Source: Lingula anatina
Lineage: Eukaryota; Animalia; Brachiopoda
Direction of reading: 5' to 3'
NCBI GenBank assembly: GCA_051362555.1
Contig: CM120643.1
Coordinates: forward strand, 11,320,644 to 11,384,643
Length of the DNA: 64,000 bases
Shown in pieces: positions 39,901 through 53,137 of the stretch (position 1 is the first letter of the stretch; each line of letters starts with the position of its first letter). The position numbers and the translations under genes were made by a program. The notes below the pieces were generated by a model. The model did no database searches, was not told the DNA's origin, and saw only the letters and a program-made list of their open reading frames with translations.

Positions 39901-42900
39901 GGTAGGTGTGTTCGGTCATTTGTAGTAAGAATAAAGTGCTGGAAGAGTGGTGGTGTCAACATTAAGGAAGAAATAGAGCAAAAACTCTGTCTCCCCCCCC
40001 CCCCTCTCAGATTCTGTTCTCAGAGCTTATTTTTGGATCATCTTTAAAGCTAGAATTGGGGGCCTTGATGAAGTGACCCGGGCGCGTTTCCACATTTTTT
40101 ATGAATGACAGGTGTGGTAGATTGATTTTCGTCACTTTTTGGAAAAATCGGAGACGGGTCGATTTTTGGTGATTTTGAGTGATTTTGAACAGTGCCGGCA
40201 CTGTGAGATTTCTTCAATTTTGGCCAGGTAGGGATGAAAATTTTTTTTCTTCATTATAGTGTCATGTAGGTGTGTTCGGTCATTTGTAGTAAGAATAAAG
40301 TGCTGGAAGAGTGGTGGTGTCAACATTAAGGAAGAAATAGAGCAAAAACTCTGTCTCCCCCCCCCCCCCCCTCTCAGATTCTGTTCTCAGAGCTTATTTT
40401 TGGATCATCTTTAAAGCTAGAATTGGGGGCCTTGATGAAGTGACCCGGGCGCGTTTCCACATTTTTTATGAATGACAGGTGTGGTAGATTGATTTTCGTC
40501 ACTTTTTGGAAAAATCGGAGACGGGTCGATTTTTGGTGATTTTGAGTGATTTTGAACAGTGCCGGCACTGTGAGATTTCTTCAATTTTGGCCAGGTAGGG
40601 ATGAAAATTTTTTTCTTCATTATAGTGTCAGGTAGGTGTGTTCGGTCATTTGTAGTAAGAATAAAGTGCTGGAAGAGTGGTGGTGTCAACATTAAGGAAG
40701 AAATAGAGCAAAAACTCTGTCTCCCCCCCCCCCCCCCCTCTCAGATTCTGTTCTCAGAGCTTATTTTTGGATCATCTTTAAAGCTAGAATTGGGGGCCTT
40801 GATGAAGTGACCCGGGCGGGTTTCCACATTTTTTATGAATGACAGGTGTGGTAGATTGATTTTCGTCACTTTTTGGAAAAATCGGAGACGGGTCGATTTT
40901 TGGTGATTTTGAGTGATTTTGAACAGTGCCGGCACTGTGAGATTTCTTCAATTTTGGCCAGGTAGGGATGAAAATTTTTTTTCTTCATTATAGTGTCAGG
41001 TAGGTGTGTTCGGTCATTTGTAGTAAGAATAAAGTGCTGGAAGAGTGGTGGTGTCAACATTAAGGAAGAAATAGAGCAAAAACTCTGTCTCCCCCCCCCC
41101 CCCCTCTCAGATTCTGTTCTCAGAGCTTATTTTTGGATCATCTTTAAAGCTAGAATTGGGGGCCTTGATGAAGTGACCCGGGCGCGTTTCCACATTTTTT
41201 ATGAATGACAGGTGTGGTAGATTGATTTTCGTCACTTTTTGGAAAAATCGGAGACGGGTCGATTTTTGGTGATTTTGAGTGATTTTGAACAGTGCCGGCA
41301 CTGTGAGATTTCTTCAATTTTGGCCAGGTAGGGATGAAAATTTTTTTTCTTCATTATAGTGTCAGGTAGGTGTGTTCGGTCATTTGTAGTAAGAATAAAG
41401 TGCTGGAAGAGTGGTGGTGTCAACATTAAGGAAGAAATAGAGCAAAAACTCTGTCTCCCCCCCCCCCCCTCTCAGATTCTGTTCTCAGAGCTTATTTTTG
41501 GATCATCTTTAAAGCTAGAATTGGGGGCCTTGATGAAGTGACCCGGGCGCGTTTCCACATTTTTTATGAATGACAGGTGTGGTAGATTGATTTTCGTCAC
41601 TTTTTGGAAAAATCGGAGACAGGTCGATTTTTGGTGATTTTGAGTGATTTTGAACAGTGCCGGCACTGTGAGATTTCTTCAATTTTGGCCAGGTAGGGAT
41701 GAAAATTTTTTTTCTTCATTATAGTGTCAGGTAGGTGTGTTCGGTCATTTGTAGTAAGAATAAAGTGCTGGAAGAGTGGTGGTGTCAACATTAAGGAAGA
41801 AATAGAGCAAAAACTCTGTCTCCCCCCCCCCCCTCTCAGATTCTGTTCTCAGAGCTTATTTTTGGATCATCTTTAAAGCTAGAATTGGGGGCCTTGATGA
41901 AGTGACCCGGGCGCGTTTCCACATTTTTTATGAATGACAGGTGTGGTAGATTGATTTTCGTCACTTTTTGGAAAAATCGGAGACGGGTCGATTTTTGGTG
42001 ATTTTGAGTGATTTTGAACAGTGCCGGCACTGTGAGATTTCTTCAATTTTGGCCAGGTAGGGATGAAAATTTTTTTTCTTCATTATAGTGTCAGGTAGGT
42101 GTGTTCGGTCATTTGTAGTAAGAATAAAGTGCTGGAAGAGTGGTGGTGTCAACATTAAGGAAGAAATAGAGCAAAAACTCTGTCTCCCCCCCCCCCCTCT
42201 CAGATTCTGTTCTCAGAGCTTATTTTTGGATCATCTTTAAAGCTAGAATTGGGGGCCTTGATGAAGTGACCCGGGCGCGTTTCCACATTTTTTATGAATG
42301 ACAGGTGTGGTAGATTGATTTTCGTCACTTTTTGGAAAAATCGGAGACGGGTCGATTTTTGGTGATTTTGAGTGATTTTGAACAGTGCCGGCACTGTGAG
42401 ATTTCTTCAATTTTGGCCAGGTAGGGATGAAAATTTTTTTTCTTCATTATAGTGTCAGGTAGGTGTGTTCGGTCATTTGTAGTAAGAATAAAGTGCTGGA
42501 AGAGTGGTGGTGTCAACATTAAGGAAGAAATAGAGCAAAAACTCTGTCTCCCCCCCCCCCCTCTCAGATTCTGTTCTCAGAGCTTATTTTTGGATCATCT
42601 TTAAAGCTAGAATTGGGGGCCTTGATGAAGTGACCCGGGCGCGTTTCCACATTTTTTATGAATGACAGGTGTGGTAGATTGATTTTCGTCACTTTTTGGA
42701 AAAATCGGAGACGGGTCGATTTTTGGTGATTTTGAGTGATTTTGAACAGTGCCGGCACTGTGAGATTTCTTCAATTTTGGCCAGGTAGGGATGAAAATTT
42801 TTTTTCTACATTATAGTGTCAGGTAGGTGTGTTCGGTCATTTGTAGTAAGAATAAAGTGCTGGAAGAGTGGTGGTGTCAACAAATTAAGGAAGAAATAGA

Positions 42901-44060
42901 GCAAAAACTCTGTCTCCCCCCCCCCCCCCTCAGATTCTGTTCTCAGAGCTTATTTTTGGATCATCTTTAAAGCTAGAATTGGGGGCCTTGATGAAGTGAC
43001 CCGGGCGCGTTTCCACATTTTTTATGAATGACAGGTGTGGTAGATTGATTTTCGTCACTTTTTGGAAAAATCGGAGACGGGTCGATTTTTGGTGATTTTG
43101 AGTGATTTTGAACAGTGCCGGCACTGTGAGATTTCTTCAATTTTGGCCAGGTAGGGATGAAAATTTTTTTTCTTCATTATAGTGTCAGGTAGGTGTGTTC
43201 GGTCATTTGTAGTAAGAATAAAGTGCTGGAAGAGTGGTGGTGTCAACATTAAGGAAGAAATAGAGCAAAAACTCTGTCTCCCCCCCCCCCCCTCTCAGAT
43301 TCTGTTCTCAGAGCTTATTTTTGGATCATCTTTAAAGCTAGAATTGGGGGCCTTGATGAAGTGACCCGGGCGCGTTTCCACATTTTTTATGAATGACAGG
43401 TGTGGTAGATTGATTTTCGTCACTTTTTGGAAAAATCGGAGACGGGTCGATTTTTGGTGATTTTGAGTGATTTTGAACAGTGCCGGCACTGTGAGATTTC
43501 TTCAATTTTGGCCAGGTAGGGATGAAAATTTTTTTTCTTCATTATAGTGTCAGGTAGATGTGTTCGGTCATTTGTAGTAAGAATAAAGTGCTGGAAGAGT
43601 GGTGGTGTCAACATTAAGGAAGAAATAGAGCAAAAACTCTGTCTCCCCCCCCCCCCTCTCAGATTCTGTTCTCAGAGCTTATTTTTGGATCATCTTTAAA
43701 GCTAGAATTGGGGGCCTTGATGAAGTGACCCGGGCGCGTTTCCACATTTTTTATGAATGACAGGTGTGGTAGATTGATTTTTGTCACTTTTTGGAAAAAT
43801 CGGAGACGGGTCGATTTTTGGTGATTTTGAGTGATTTTGAACAGTGCCGGCACTGTGAGATTTCTTTAATTTTGGCCAGGTAGGGATGAAAATTTTTTTT
43901 CTTCATTATAGTGTCAGGTAGATGTGTTCGGTCATTTGTAGTAAGAATAAAGTGCTGGAAGAGTGGTGGTGTCAACATTAAGGAAGAAATAGAGCAAAAA
44001 CTCTGTCTCCCCCCCCTCTCAGATTCTGTTCTCAGAGCTTATTTTTGGATCATCTTCAAA

Positions 44061-47000
44061 GCTAGAATTGGGGGCCTTGATGAAGTGACCCAGGCGCGTT
44101 TCCACATTTTTTATGAATGACAGGTGTGGTAGATTGATTTTCGTCACTTTTTGGAAAAATCGGAGACGGGTCGATTTTTGGTGATTTTGAGTGATTTTGA
44201 ACAGTGCCGGCACTGTGAGATTTCTTCAATTTTGGCCAGGTAGGGATGAAAATTTTTTTTCTTCATTATAGTGTCAGGTAGGTGTGTTCGGTCATTTGTA
44301 GTAAGAATAAAGTGCTGGAAGAGTGGTGGTGTCAACATTAAGGAAGAAATAGAGCAAAAACTCTGTCTCCCCCCCCCCCTCTCAGATTCTGTTCTCAGAG
44401 CTTATTTTTGGATCATCTTTAAAGCTAGAATTGGGGGCCTTGATGAAGTGACCCGGGCGCGTTTCCACATTTTTTATGAATGACAGGTGTGGTAGATTGA
44501 TTTTTGTCACTTTTTGGAAAAATCGGAGACGGGTCGATTTTTGGTGATTTTGAGTGATTTTGAACAGTGCCGGCACTGTGAGATTTCTTCAATTTTGGCC
44601 AGGTAGGGATGAAAATTTTTTTTCTTCATTATAGTGTCAGGTAGATGTGTTCGGTCATTTGTAGTAAGAATAAAGTGCTGGAAGAGTGGTGGTGTCAACA
44701 TTAAGGAAGAAATAGAGCAAAAACTCTGTCTCCCCCCCCCCCCTCTCAGATTCTGTTCTCAGAGCTTATTTTTGGATCATCTTTAAAGCTAGAATTGGGG
44801 GCCTTGATGAAGTGACCCGGGCGCGTTTCCACATTTTTTATGAATGACAGGTGTGGTAGATTGATTTTTGTCACTTTTTGGAAAAATCGGAGACGGGTCG
44901 ATTTTTGGTGATTTTGAGTGATTTTGAACAGTGCCGGCACTGTGAGATTTCTTTAATTTTGGCCAGGTAGGGATGAAAATTTTTTTTCTTCATTATAGTG
45001 TCAGGTAGATGTGTTCGGTCATTTGTAGTAAGAATAAAGTGCTGGAAGAGTGGTGGTGTCAACATTAAGGAAGAAATAGAGCAAAAACTCTGTCTCTCCC
45101 CCCTCTCAGATTCTGTTCTCAGAGCTTATTTTTGGATCATCTTTAAAGCTAGAATTGGGGGCCTTGATGAAGTGACCCGGGCGCGTTTCCACATTTTTTA
45201 TGAATGACAGGTGTGGTAGATTGATTTTCGTCACTTTTTGGAAAAATCGGCGACGGGTCGATTTTTGGTGATTTTGAGTGATTTTGAACAGTGCCAGCAC
45301 TGTGAGATTTCTTCAATTTTGGCCAGGTAGGGATGAAATTTTTTTCTTCATTATAGTGTCAGGTAGGTGTGTTCGGTCATTTGTAGTAAGAATAAAGTGC
45401 TGGAAGAGTGGTGGTGTCAACATTAAGGAAGAAATAGAGCAAAAACTCTGTCTCCCCCCCCCCCCTCTCAGATTCTGTTCTCAGAGCTTATCTTTGGATC
45501 ATCTTTAAAGCTAGAATTGGGGGCCTTGATGAAGTGACCCGTGCGCGTTTCCACATTTTTTATGAATGACAGGTGTGGTAGATTGATTTTCGTCACTTTT
45601 TGGAAAAATCGGAGACGGGTCGATTTTTGATGATTTTGAGTGATTTTGAACAGTGCCGGCACTGTGAGATTTCTTCAATTTTGGCCAGGTAGGGATGAAA
45701 ATTTTTTTTCTTCATTATAGTGTCAGGTAGATGTGTTCGGTCATTTGTAGTAAGAATAAAGTGCTGGAAGAGTGGTGGTGTCAACATTAAGGAAGAAATA
45801 GAGCAAAAACTCTGTCTCCCCCCCCCTCTCAGATTCTGTTCTCAGAGCTTATTTTTGGATCATCTTTAAAGCTAGAATTGGGGGCCTTGATGAAGTGACC
45901 CGGGCGCGTTTCCACATTTTTTATGAATGACAGGTGTGGTAGATTGATTTTCGTCACTTTTTGGAAAAATCGGAGACGGGTCGATTTTTGGTAATTTTGA
46001 GTGATTTTGAACAGTGCCGGCACTGTGAGATTTCTTCAATTTTGGCCAGGTAGGGATGAAAATTTTTTTTCTTCATTATAGTGTCTGGTAGATGTGTTCG
46101 GTCATTTGTAGTAAGAATAAAGTGCTGGAAGAGTGGTGGTGTCAACATTAAGGAAGAAATAGAGCAAAAACTCTGTCTCTCCCCCCCCCCTCTCAGATTC
46201 TGTTCTCAGAGCTTATCTTTGGATCATCTTTAAAGCTAGAATTGGGGGCCTTGATGAAGTGACCCGGGCGCGTTTCCACATTTTTTATGAATGACAGGTG
46301 TGGTAGATTGATTTTCGTCACTTTTTGGAAAAATCGGAGACGGGTCGATTTTTGGTGATTTTGAGTGATTTTGAACAGTGCCGGCACTGTGAGATTTCTT
46401 CAATTTTGGCCAGGTAGGGATGAAAATTTTTTTTCTTCATTATAGTGTCAGGTAGGTGTGTTCGGTCATTTGTAGTAAGAATAAAGTGCTGGAAGAGTGG
46501 TGGTGTCAACATTAAGGAAGAAATAGAGCAAAAACTCTGTCTCCCCCCCCTCTCAGATTCTGTTCTCAGAGCTTATTTTTGGATCATCTTTAAAGCTAGA
46601 ATTGGGGGCCTTGATGAAGTGACCCAGGCGCGTTTCCACATTTTTTATGAATGACAGGTGTGGTAGATTGATTTTCGTCACTTTTTGGAAAAATCGGAGA
46701 CGGGTCGATTTTTGGTGATTTTGAGTGATTTTGAACAGTGCCGGCACTGTGAGATTTCTTCAATTTTGGCCAGGTAGGGATGAAAATTTTTTTTCTTCAT
46801 TATAGTGTCAGGTAGGTGTGTTCGGTCATTTGTAGTAAGAATAAAGTGCTGGAAGAGTGGTGGTGTCAACATTAAGGAAGAAATAGAGCAAAAACTCTGT
46901 CTCTCCCCCCCCCCTCTCAGATTCTGTTCTCAGAGCTTATTTTTGGATCATCTTTAAAGCTAGAATTGGGGGCCTTGATGAAGTGACCCGGGCGCGTTTC

Positions 47001-49871
47001 CACATTTTTTATGAATGACAGGTGTGGTAGATTGATTTTTGTCACTTTTTGGAAAAATCGGAGACGGGTCGATTTTTGGTGATTTTGAGTGATTTTGAAC
47101 AGTGCCGGCACTGTGAGATTTCTTCAATTTTGGCCAGGTAGGGATGAAAATTTTTTTTCTTCATTATAGTGTCAGGTAGATGTGTTCGGTCATTTGTAGT
47201 AAGAATAAAGTGCTGGAAGAGTGGTGGTGTCAACATTAAGGAAGAAATAGAGCAAAAACTCTGTCTCCCCCCCCCCCCCCCCTCTCAGATTCTGTTCTCA
47301 GAGCTTATTTTTGGATCATCTTTAAAGCTAGAATTGGGGGCCTTGATGAAGTGACCCGGGCGCGTTTCCACATTTTTTATGAATGACAGGTGTGGTAGAT
47401 TGATTTTTGTCACATTTTGGAAAAATCGGAGACGGGTCGATTTTTGGTGATTTTGAGTGATTTTGAACAGTGCCGGCACTGTGAGATTTCTTTAATTTTG
47501 GCCAGGTAGGGATGAAAATTTTTTTTCTTCATTATAGTGTCAGGTAGATGTGTTCGGTCATTTGTAGTAAGAATAAAGTGCTGGAAGAGTGGTGGTGTCA
47601 ACATTAAGGAAGAAATAGAGCAAAAACTCTGTCTCTCCCCCCTCTCAGATTCTGTTCTCAGAGCTTATTTTTGGATCATCTTTAAAGCTAGAATTGGGGG
47701 CCTTGATGAAGTGACCCGGGCGCGTTTCCACATTTTTTATGAATGACAGGTGTGGTAGATTGATTTTCGTCACTTTTTGGAAAAATCGGCGACGGGTCGA
47801 TTTTTGGTGATTTTGAGTGATTTTGAACAGTGCCAGCACTGTGAGATTTCTTCAATTTTGGCCAGGTAGGGATGAAATTTTTTTCTTCATTATAGTGTCA
47901 GGTAGGTGTGTTCGGTCATTTGTAGTAAGAATAAAGTGCTGGAAGAGTGGTGGTGTCAACATTAAGGAAGAAATAGAGCAAAAACTCTGTCTCCCCCCCC
48001 CCCCCTCTCAGATTCTGTTCTCAGAGCTTATCTTTGGATCATCTTTAAAGCTAGAATTGGGGGCCTTGATGAAGTGACCCGTGCGCGTTTCCACATTTTT
48101 TATGAATGACAGGTGTGGTAGATTGATTTTCGTCACTTTTTGGAAAAATCGGAGACGGGTCGATTTTTGATGATTTTGAGTGATTTTGAACAGTGCCGGC
48201 ACTGTGAGATTTCTTCAATTTTGGCCAGGTAGGGATGAAAATTTTTTTTTCTTCATTATAGTGTCAGGTAGATGTGTTCGGTCATTTGTAGTAAGAATAA
48301 AGTGCTGGAAGAGTGGTGGTGTCAACATTAAGGAAGAAATAGAGCAAAAACTCTGTCTCCCCCCCCCCCCCCTCTCAGATTCTGTTCTCAGAGCTTATTT
48401 TTGGATCATCTTTAAAGCTAGAATTGGGGGCCTTGATGAAGTGACCCGGGCGCGTTTCCACATTTTTTATGAATGACAGGTGTGGTAGATTGATTTTTGT
48501 CACTTTTTGGAAAAATCGGAGACGGGTCGATTTTTGGTGATTTTGAGTGATTTTGAACAGTGCCGGCACTGTGAGATTTCTTTAATTTTGGCCAGGTAGG
48601 GATGAAAATTTTTTTTCTTCATTATAGTGTCAGGTAGATGTGTTCGGTCATTTGTAGTAAGAATAAAGTGCTGGAAGAGTGGTGGTGTCAACATTAAGGA
48701 AGAAATAGAGCAAAAACTCTGTCTCTCCCCCCTCTCAGATTCTGTTCTCAGAGCTTATTTTTGGATCATCTTTAAAGCTAGAATTGGGGGCCTTGATGAA
48801 GTGACCCGGGCGCGTTTCCACATTTTTTATGAATGACAGGTGTGGTAGATTGATTTTCGTCACTTTTTGGAAAAATCGGCGACGGGTCGATTTTTGGTGA
48901 TTTTGAGTGATTTTGAACAGTGCCAGCACTGTGAGATTTCTTCAATTTTGGCCAGGTAGGGATGAAATTTTTTTCTTCATTATAGTGTCAGGTAGGTGTG
49001 TTCGGTCATTTGTAGTAAGAATAAAGTGCTGGAAGAGTGGTGGTGTCAACATTAAGGAAGAAATAGAGCAAAAACTCTGTCTCCCCCCCCCCCCCCCTCT
49101 CAGATTCTGTTCTCAGAGCTTATCTTTGGATCATCTTTAAAGCTAGAATTGGGGGCCTTGATGAAGTGACCCGTGCGCGTTTCCACATTTTTTATGAATG
49201 ACAGGTGTGGTAGATTGATTTTCGTCACTTTTTGGAAAAATCGGAGACGGGTCGATTTTTGATGATTTTGAGTGATTTTGAACAGTGCCGGCACTGTGAG
49301 ATTTCTTCAATTTTGGCCAGGTAGGGATGAAAATTTTTTTTTCTTCATTATAGTGTCAGGTAGATGTGTTCGGTCATTTGTAGTAAGAATAAAGTGCTGG
49401 AAGAGTGGTGGTGTCAACATTAAGGAAGAAATAGAGCAAAAACTCTGTCTCCCCCCCCCCTCTCAGATTCTGTTCTCAGAGCTTATTTTTGGATCATCTT
49501 TAAAGCTAGAATTGGGGGCCTTGATGAAGTGACCCGGGCGCGTTTCCACATTTTTTATGAATGACAGGTGTGGTAGATTGATTTTCGTCACTTTTTGGAA
49601 AAATCGGAGACGGGTCGATTTTTGGTAATTTTGAGTGATTTTGAACAGTGCCGGCACTGTGAGATTTCTTCAATTTTGGCCAGGTAGGGATGAAAATTTT
49701 TTTTCTTCATTATAGTGTCTGGTAGATGTGTTCGGTCATTTGTAGTAAGAATAAAGTGCTGGAAGAGTGGTGGTGTCAACATTAAGGAAGAAATAGAGCA
49801 AAAACTCTGTCTCTCCCCCCCCCCCCCTCTCAGATTCTGTTCTCAGAGCTTATCTTTGGATCATCTTTAAA
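44061..49871. repeat. 7-monomer duplication (~2534 bp) with a nested 3-monomer duplication (~1090 bp)
   Basis: The triplet [CTTTAATT + CTCTC6], [GGCGACG, CCAGC, 2-bp deletion], [CCGTGCG, GATGATT] occurs at ~44788, ~47327 and ~48417. GACCCAGG units start at 44061 and 46595. Confidence 0.85.
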
Positions 49872-52800
49872 GCTAGAATTGGGGGCCTTGATGAAGTGAC
49901 CCGGGCGCGTTTCCACATTTTTTATGAATGACAGGTGTGGTAGATTGATTTTCGTCACTTTTTGGAAAAATCGGAGACGGGTCGATTTTTGGTGATTTTG
50001 AGTGATTTTGAACAGTGCCGGCACTGTGAGATTTCTTCAATTTTGGCCAGGTAGGGATGAAAATTTTTTTCTTCATTATAGTGTCAGGTAGGTGTGTTCG
50101 GTCATTTGTAGTAAGAATAAAGTGCTGGAAGAGTGGTGGTGTCAACATTAAGGAAGAAATAGAGCAAAAACTCTGTCTCCCCCCCCCCCTCTCAGATTCT
50201 GTTCTCAGAGCTTATCTTTGGATCATCTTTAAAGCTAGAATTGGGGGCCTTGATGAAGTGACCCGGGCGTGTTTCCACATTTTTTATGAATGACAGGTGT
50301 GGTAGATTGATTTTCGTCACTTTTTGGAAAAATCGGAGACAGGTCGATTTTTGGTGATTTTGAGTGATTTTGAACAGTGCTGGCACTGTGAGATTTCTTC
50401 AATTTTGGCCAGGTAGGGATGAAAATTTTTTTTCTTCATTATAGTGTCAGGTAGATGTGTTCGGTCATTTGTAGTAAGAATAAAGTGCTGGAAGAGTGGT
50501 GGTGTCAACATTAAGGAAGAAATAGAGCAAAAACTCTGTCTCCCCCCCCCTCTCAGATTCTGTTCTCAGAGCTTATTTTTGGATCATCTTTAAAGCTAGA
50601 ATTGGGGGCCTTGATGAAGTGACCCGGGCGCGTTTCCACATTTTTTATGAATGACAGGTGTGGTAGATTGATTTTCGTCACTTTTTGGAAAAATCGGAGA
50701 CGGGTCGATTTTTGGTGATTTTGAGTGATTTTGAACAGTGCCGGCACTGTGAGATTTCTTCAATTTTGGCCAGGTAGGGATGAAAATTTTTTTTCTTCAT
50801 TATAGTGTCTGGTAGATGTGTTCGGTCATTTGTAGTAAGAATAAAGTGCTGGAAGAGTGGTGGTGTCAACATTAAGGAAGAAATAGAGCAAAAACTCTGT
50901 CTCTCCCCCCCCCTCTCAGATTCTGTTCTCAGAGCTTATCTTTGGATCATCTTTAAAGCTAGAATTGGGGGCCTTGATGAAGTGACCCGGGCGCGTTTCC
51001 ACATTTTTTATGAATGACAGGTGTGGTAGATTGATTTTCGTCACTTTTTGGAAAAATCGGAGACGGGTCGATTTTTGGTGATTTTGAGTGATTTTGAACA
51101 GTGCCGGCACTGTGAGATTTCTTCAATTTTGGCCAGGTAGGGATGAAAATTTTTTTTCTTCATTATAGTGTCAGGTAGGTGTGTTCGGTCATTTGTAGTA
51201 AGAATAAAGTGCTGGAAGAGTGGTGGTGTCAACATTAAGGAAGAAATAGAGCAAAAACTCTGTCTCCCCCCCCCTCTCAGATTCTGTTCTCAGAGCTTAT
51301 TTTTGGATCATCTTTAAAGCTAGAATTGGGGGCCTTGATGAAGTGACCCGGGCGCGTTTCCACATTTTTTATGAATGACAGGTGTGGTAGATTGATTTTG
51401 CGTCACTTTTTGGAAAAATCGGAGACGGGTCGATTTTTGGTGATTTTGAGTGATTTTGAACAGTGCCGGCACTGTGAGATTTCTTCAATTTTGGCCAGGT
51501 AGGGATGAAAATTTTTTTTCTTCATTATAGTGTCAGGTAGATGTGTTCGGTCATTTGTAGTAAGAATAAAGTGCTGGAAGAGTGGTGGTGTCAACATTAA
51601 GGAAGAAATAGAGCAAAAACTCTGTCTCCCCCCCCCTCTCAGATTCTGTTCTCAGAGCTTATTTTTGGATCATCTTTAAAGCTAGAATTGGGGGCCTTGA
51701 TGAAGTGACCTGGGCGCGTTTCCACATTTTTTATGAATGACAGGTGTGGTAGATTGATTTTCGTCACTTTTTGGAAAAATCGGAGACGGGTCGATTTTTG
51801 GTGATTTTGAGTGATTTTGAACAGTGCCGGCACTGTGAGATTTCTTCAATTTTGGCCAGGTAGGGATGAAAATTTTTTTCTTCATTATAGTGTCTGGTAG
51901 ATGTGTTCGGTCATTTGTAGTAAGAATAAAGTGCTGGAAGAGTGGTGGTGTCAACATTAAGGAAGAAATAGAGCAAAAACTCTGTCTCTCCCCCCCCTCT
52001 CAGATTCTGTTTTCAGAGCTTATCTTTGGATCATCTTTAAAGCTAGAATTGGGGGCTTTGATGAAGTGACCCGGGCGCGTTTCCACATTTTTTATGAATG
52101 ACAGGTGTGGTAGATTGATTTTCGTCACTTTTTGGAAAAATCGGAGACGGGTCGATTTTTGGTGATTTTGAGTGATTTTGAACAGTGCCGGCACTGTGAG
52201 ATTTCTTCAATTTTGGTCAGGTAGGGATGAAAATTTTTTTTCTTCATTATAGTGTCAGGTAGGTGTGTTCGGTCATTTGTAGTAAGAATAAAGTGCTGGA
52301 AGAGTGGTGGTGTCAACATTAAGGAAGAAATAGAGCAAAAACCCTGTCTCCCCCCCCCCCTCTCAGATTCTGTTCTCAGAGCTTATTTTTGGATCATCTT
52401 TAAAGCTAGAATTGGGGGCCTTGATGAAGTGACCCGGGCGCGTTTCCACATTTTTTATGAATGACAGGTGTGGTAGATTGATTTTCGTCACTTTTTGGAA
52501 AAATCGGAGACAGGTCGATTTTTGGTGATTTTGAGTGATTTTGAACAGTGCCAGCACTGTGAGATTTCTTCAATTTTGGCCAGGTAGGGATGAAAATTTT
52601 TTTTCTTCATTATAGTGTCAGGTAGATGTGTTCGGTCATTTGTAGTAAGAATAAAGTGCTGGAAGAGTGGTGGTGTCAACATTAAGGAAGAAATAGAGCA
52701 AAAACTCTGTCTCCCCCCCCCCCCCCCCCCTCTCAGATTCTGTTCTCAGAGCTTATTTTTGGATCATCTTTAAAGCTAGAATTGGGGGCCTTGATGAAGT

Positions 52801-53137
52801 GACCCGGGCGCGTTTCCACATTTTTTATGAATGACAGGTGTGGTAGATTGATTTTCGTCACTTTTTGGAAAAATCGGAGACGGGTCGATTTTTGGTGATT
52901 TTGAGTGATTTTGAACAGTGCCGGCACTGTGAGATTTCTTCAATTTTGGCCAGGTAGGGATGAAAATTTTTTTTCTTCATTATAGTGTCAGGTAGATGTG
53001 TTCGGTCATTTGTAGTAAGAATAAAGTGCTGGAAGAGTGGTGGTGTCAACATTAAGGAAGAAATAGAGCAAAAACTCTGTCTCCCCCCCCCCCTCTCAGA
53101 TTCTGTTCTCAGAGCTTATTTTTGGATCATCTTTAAA

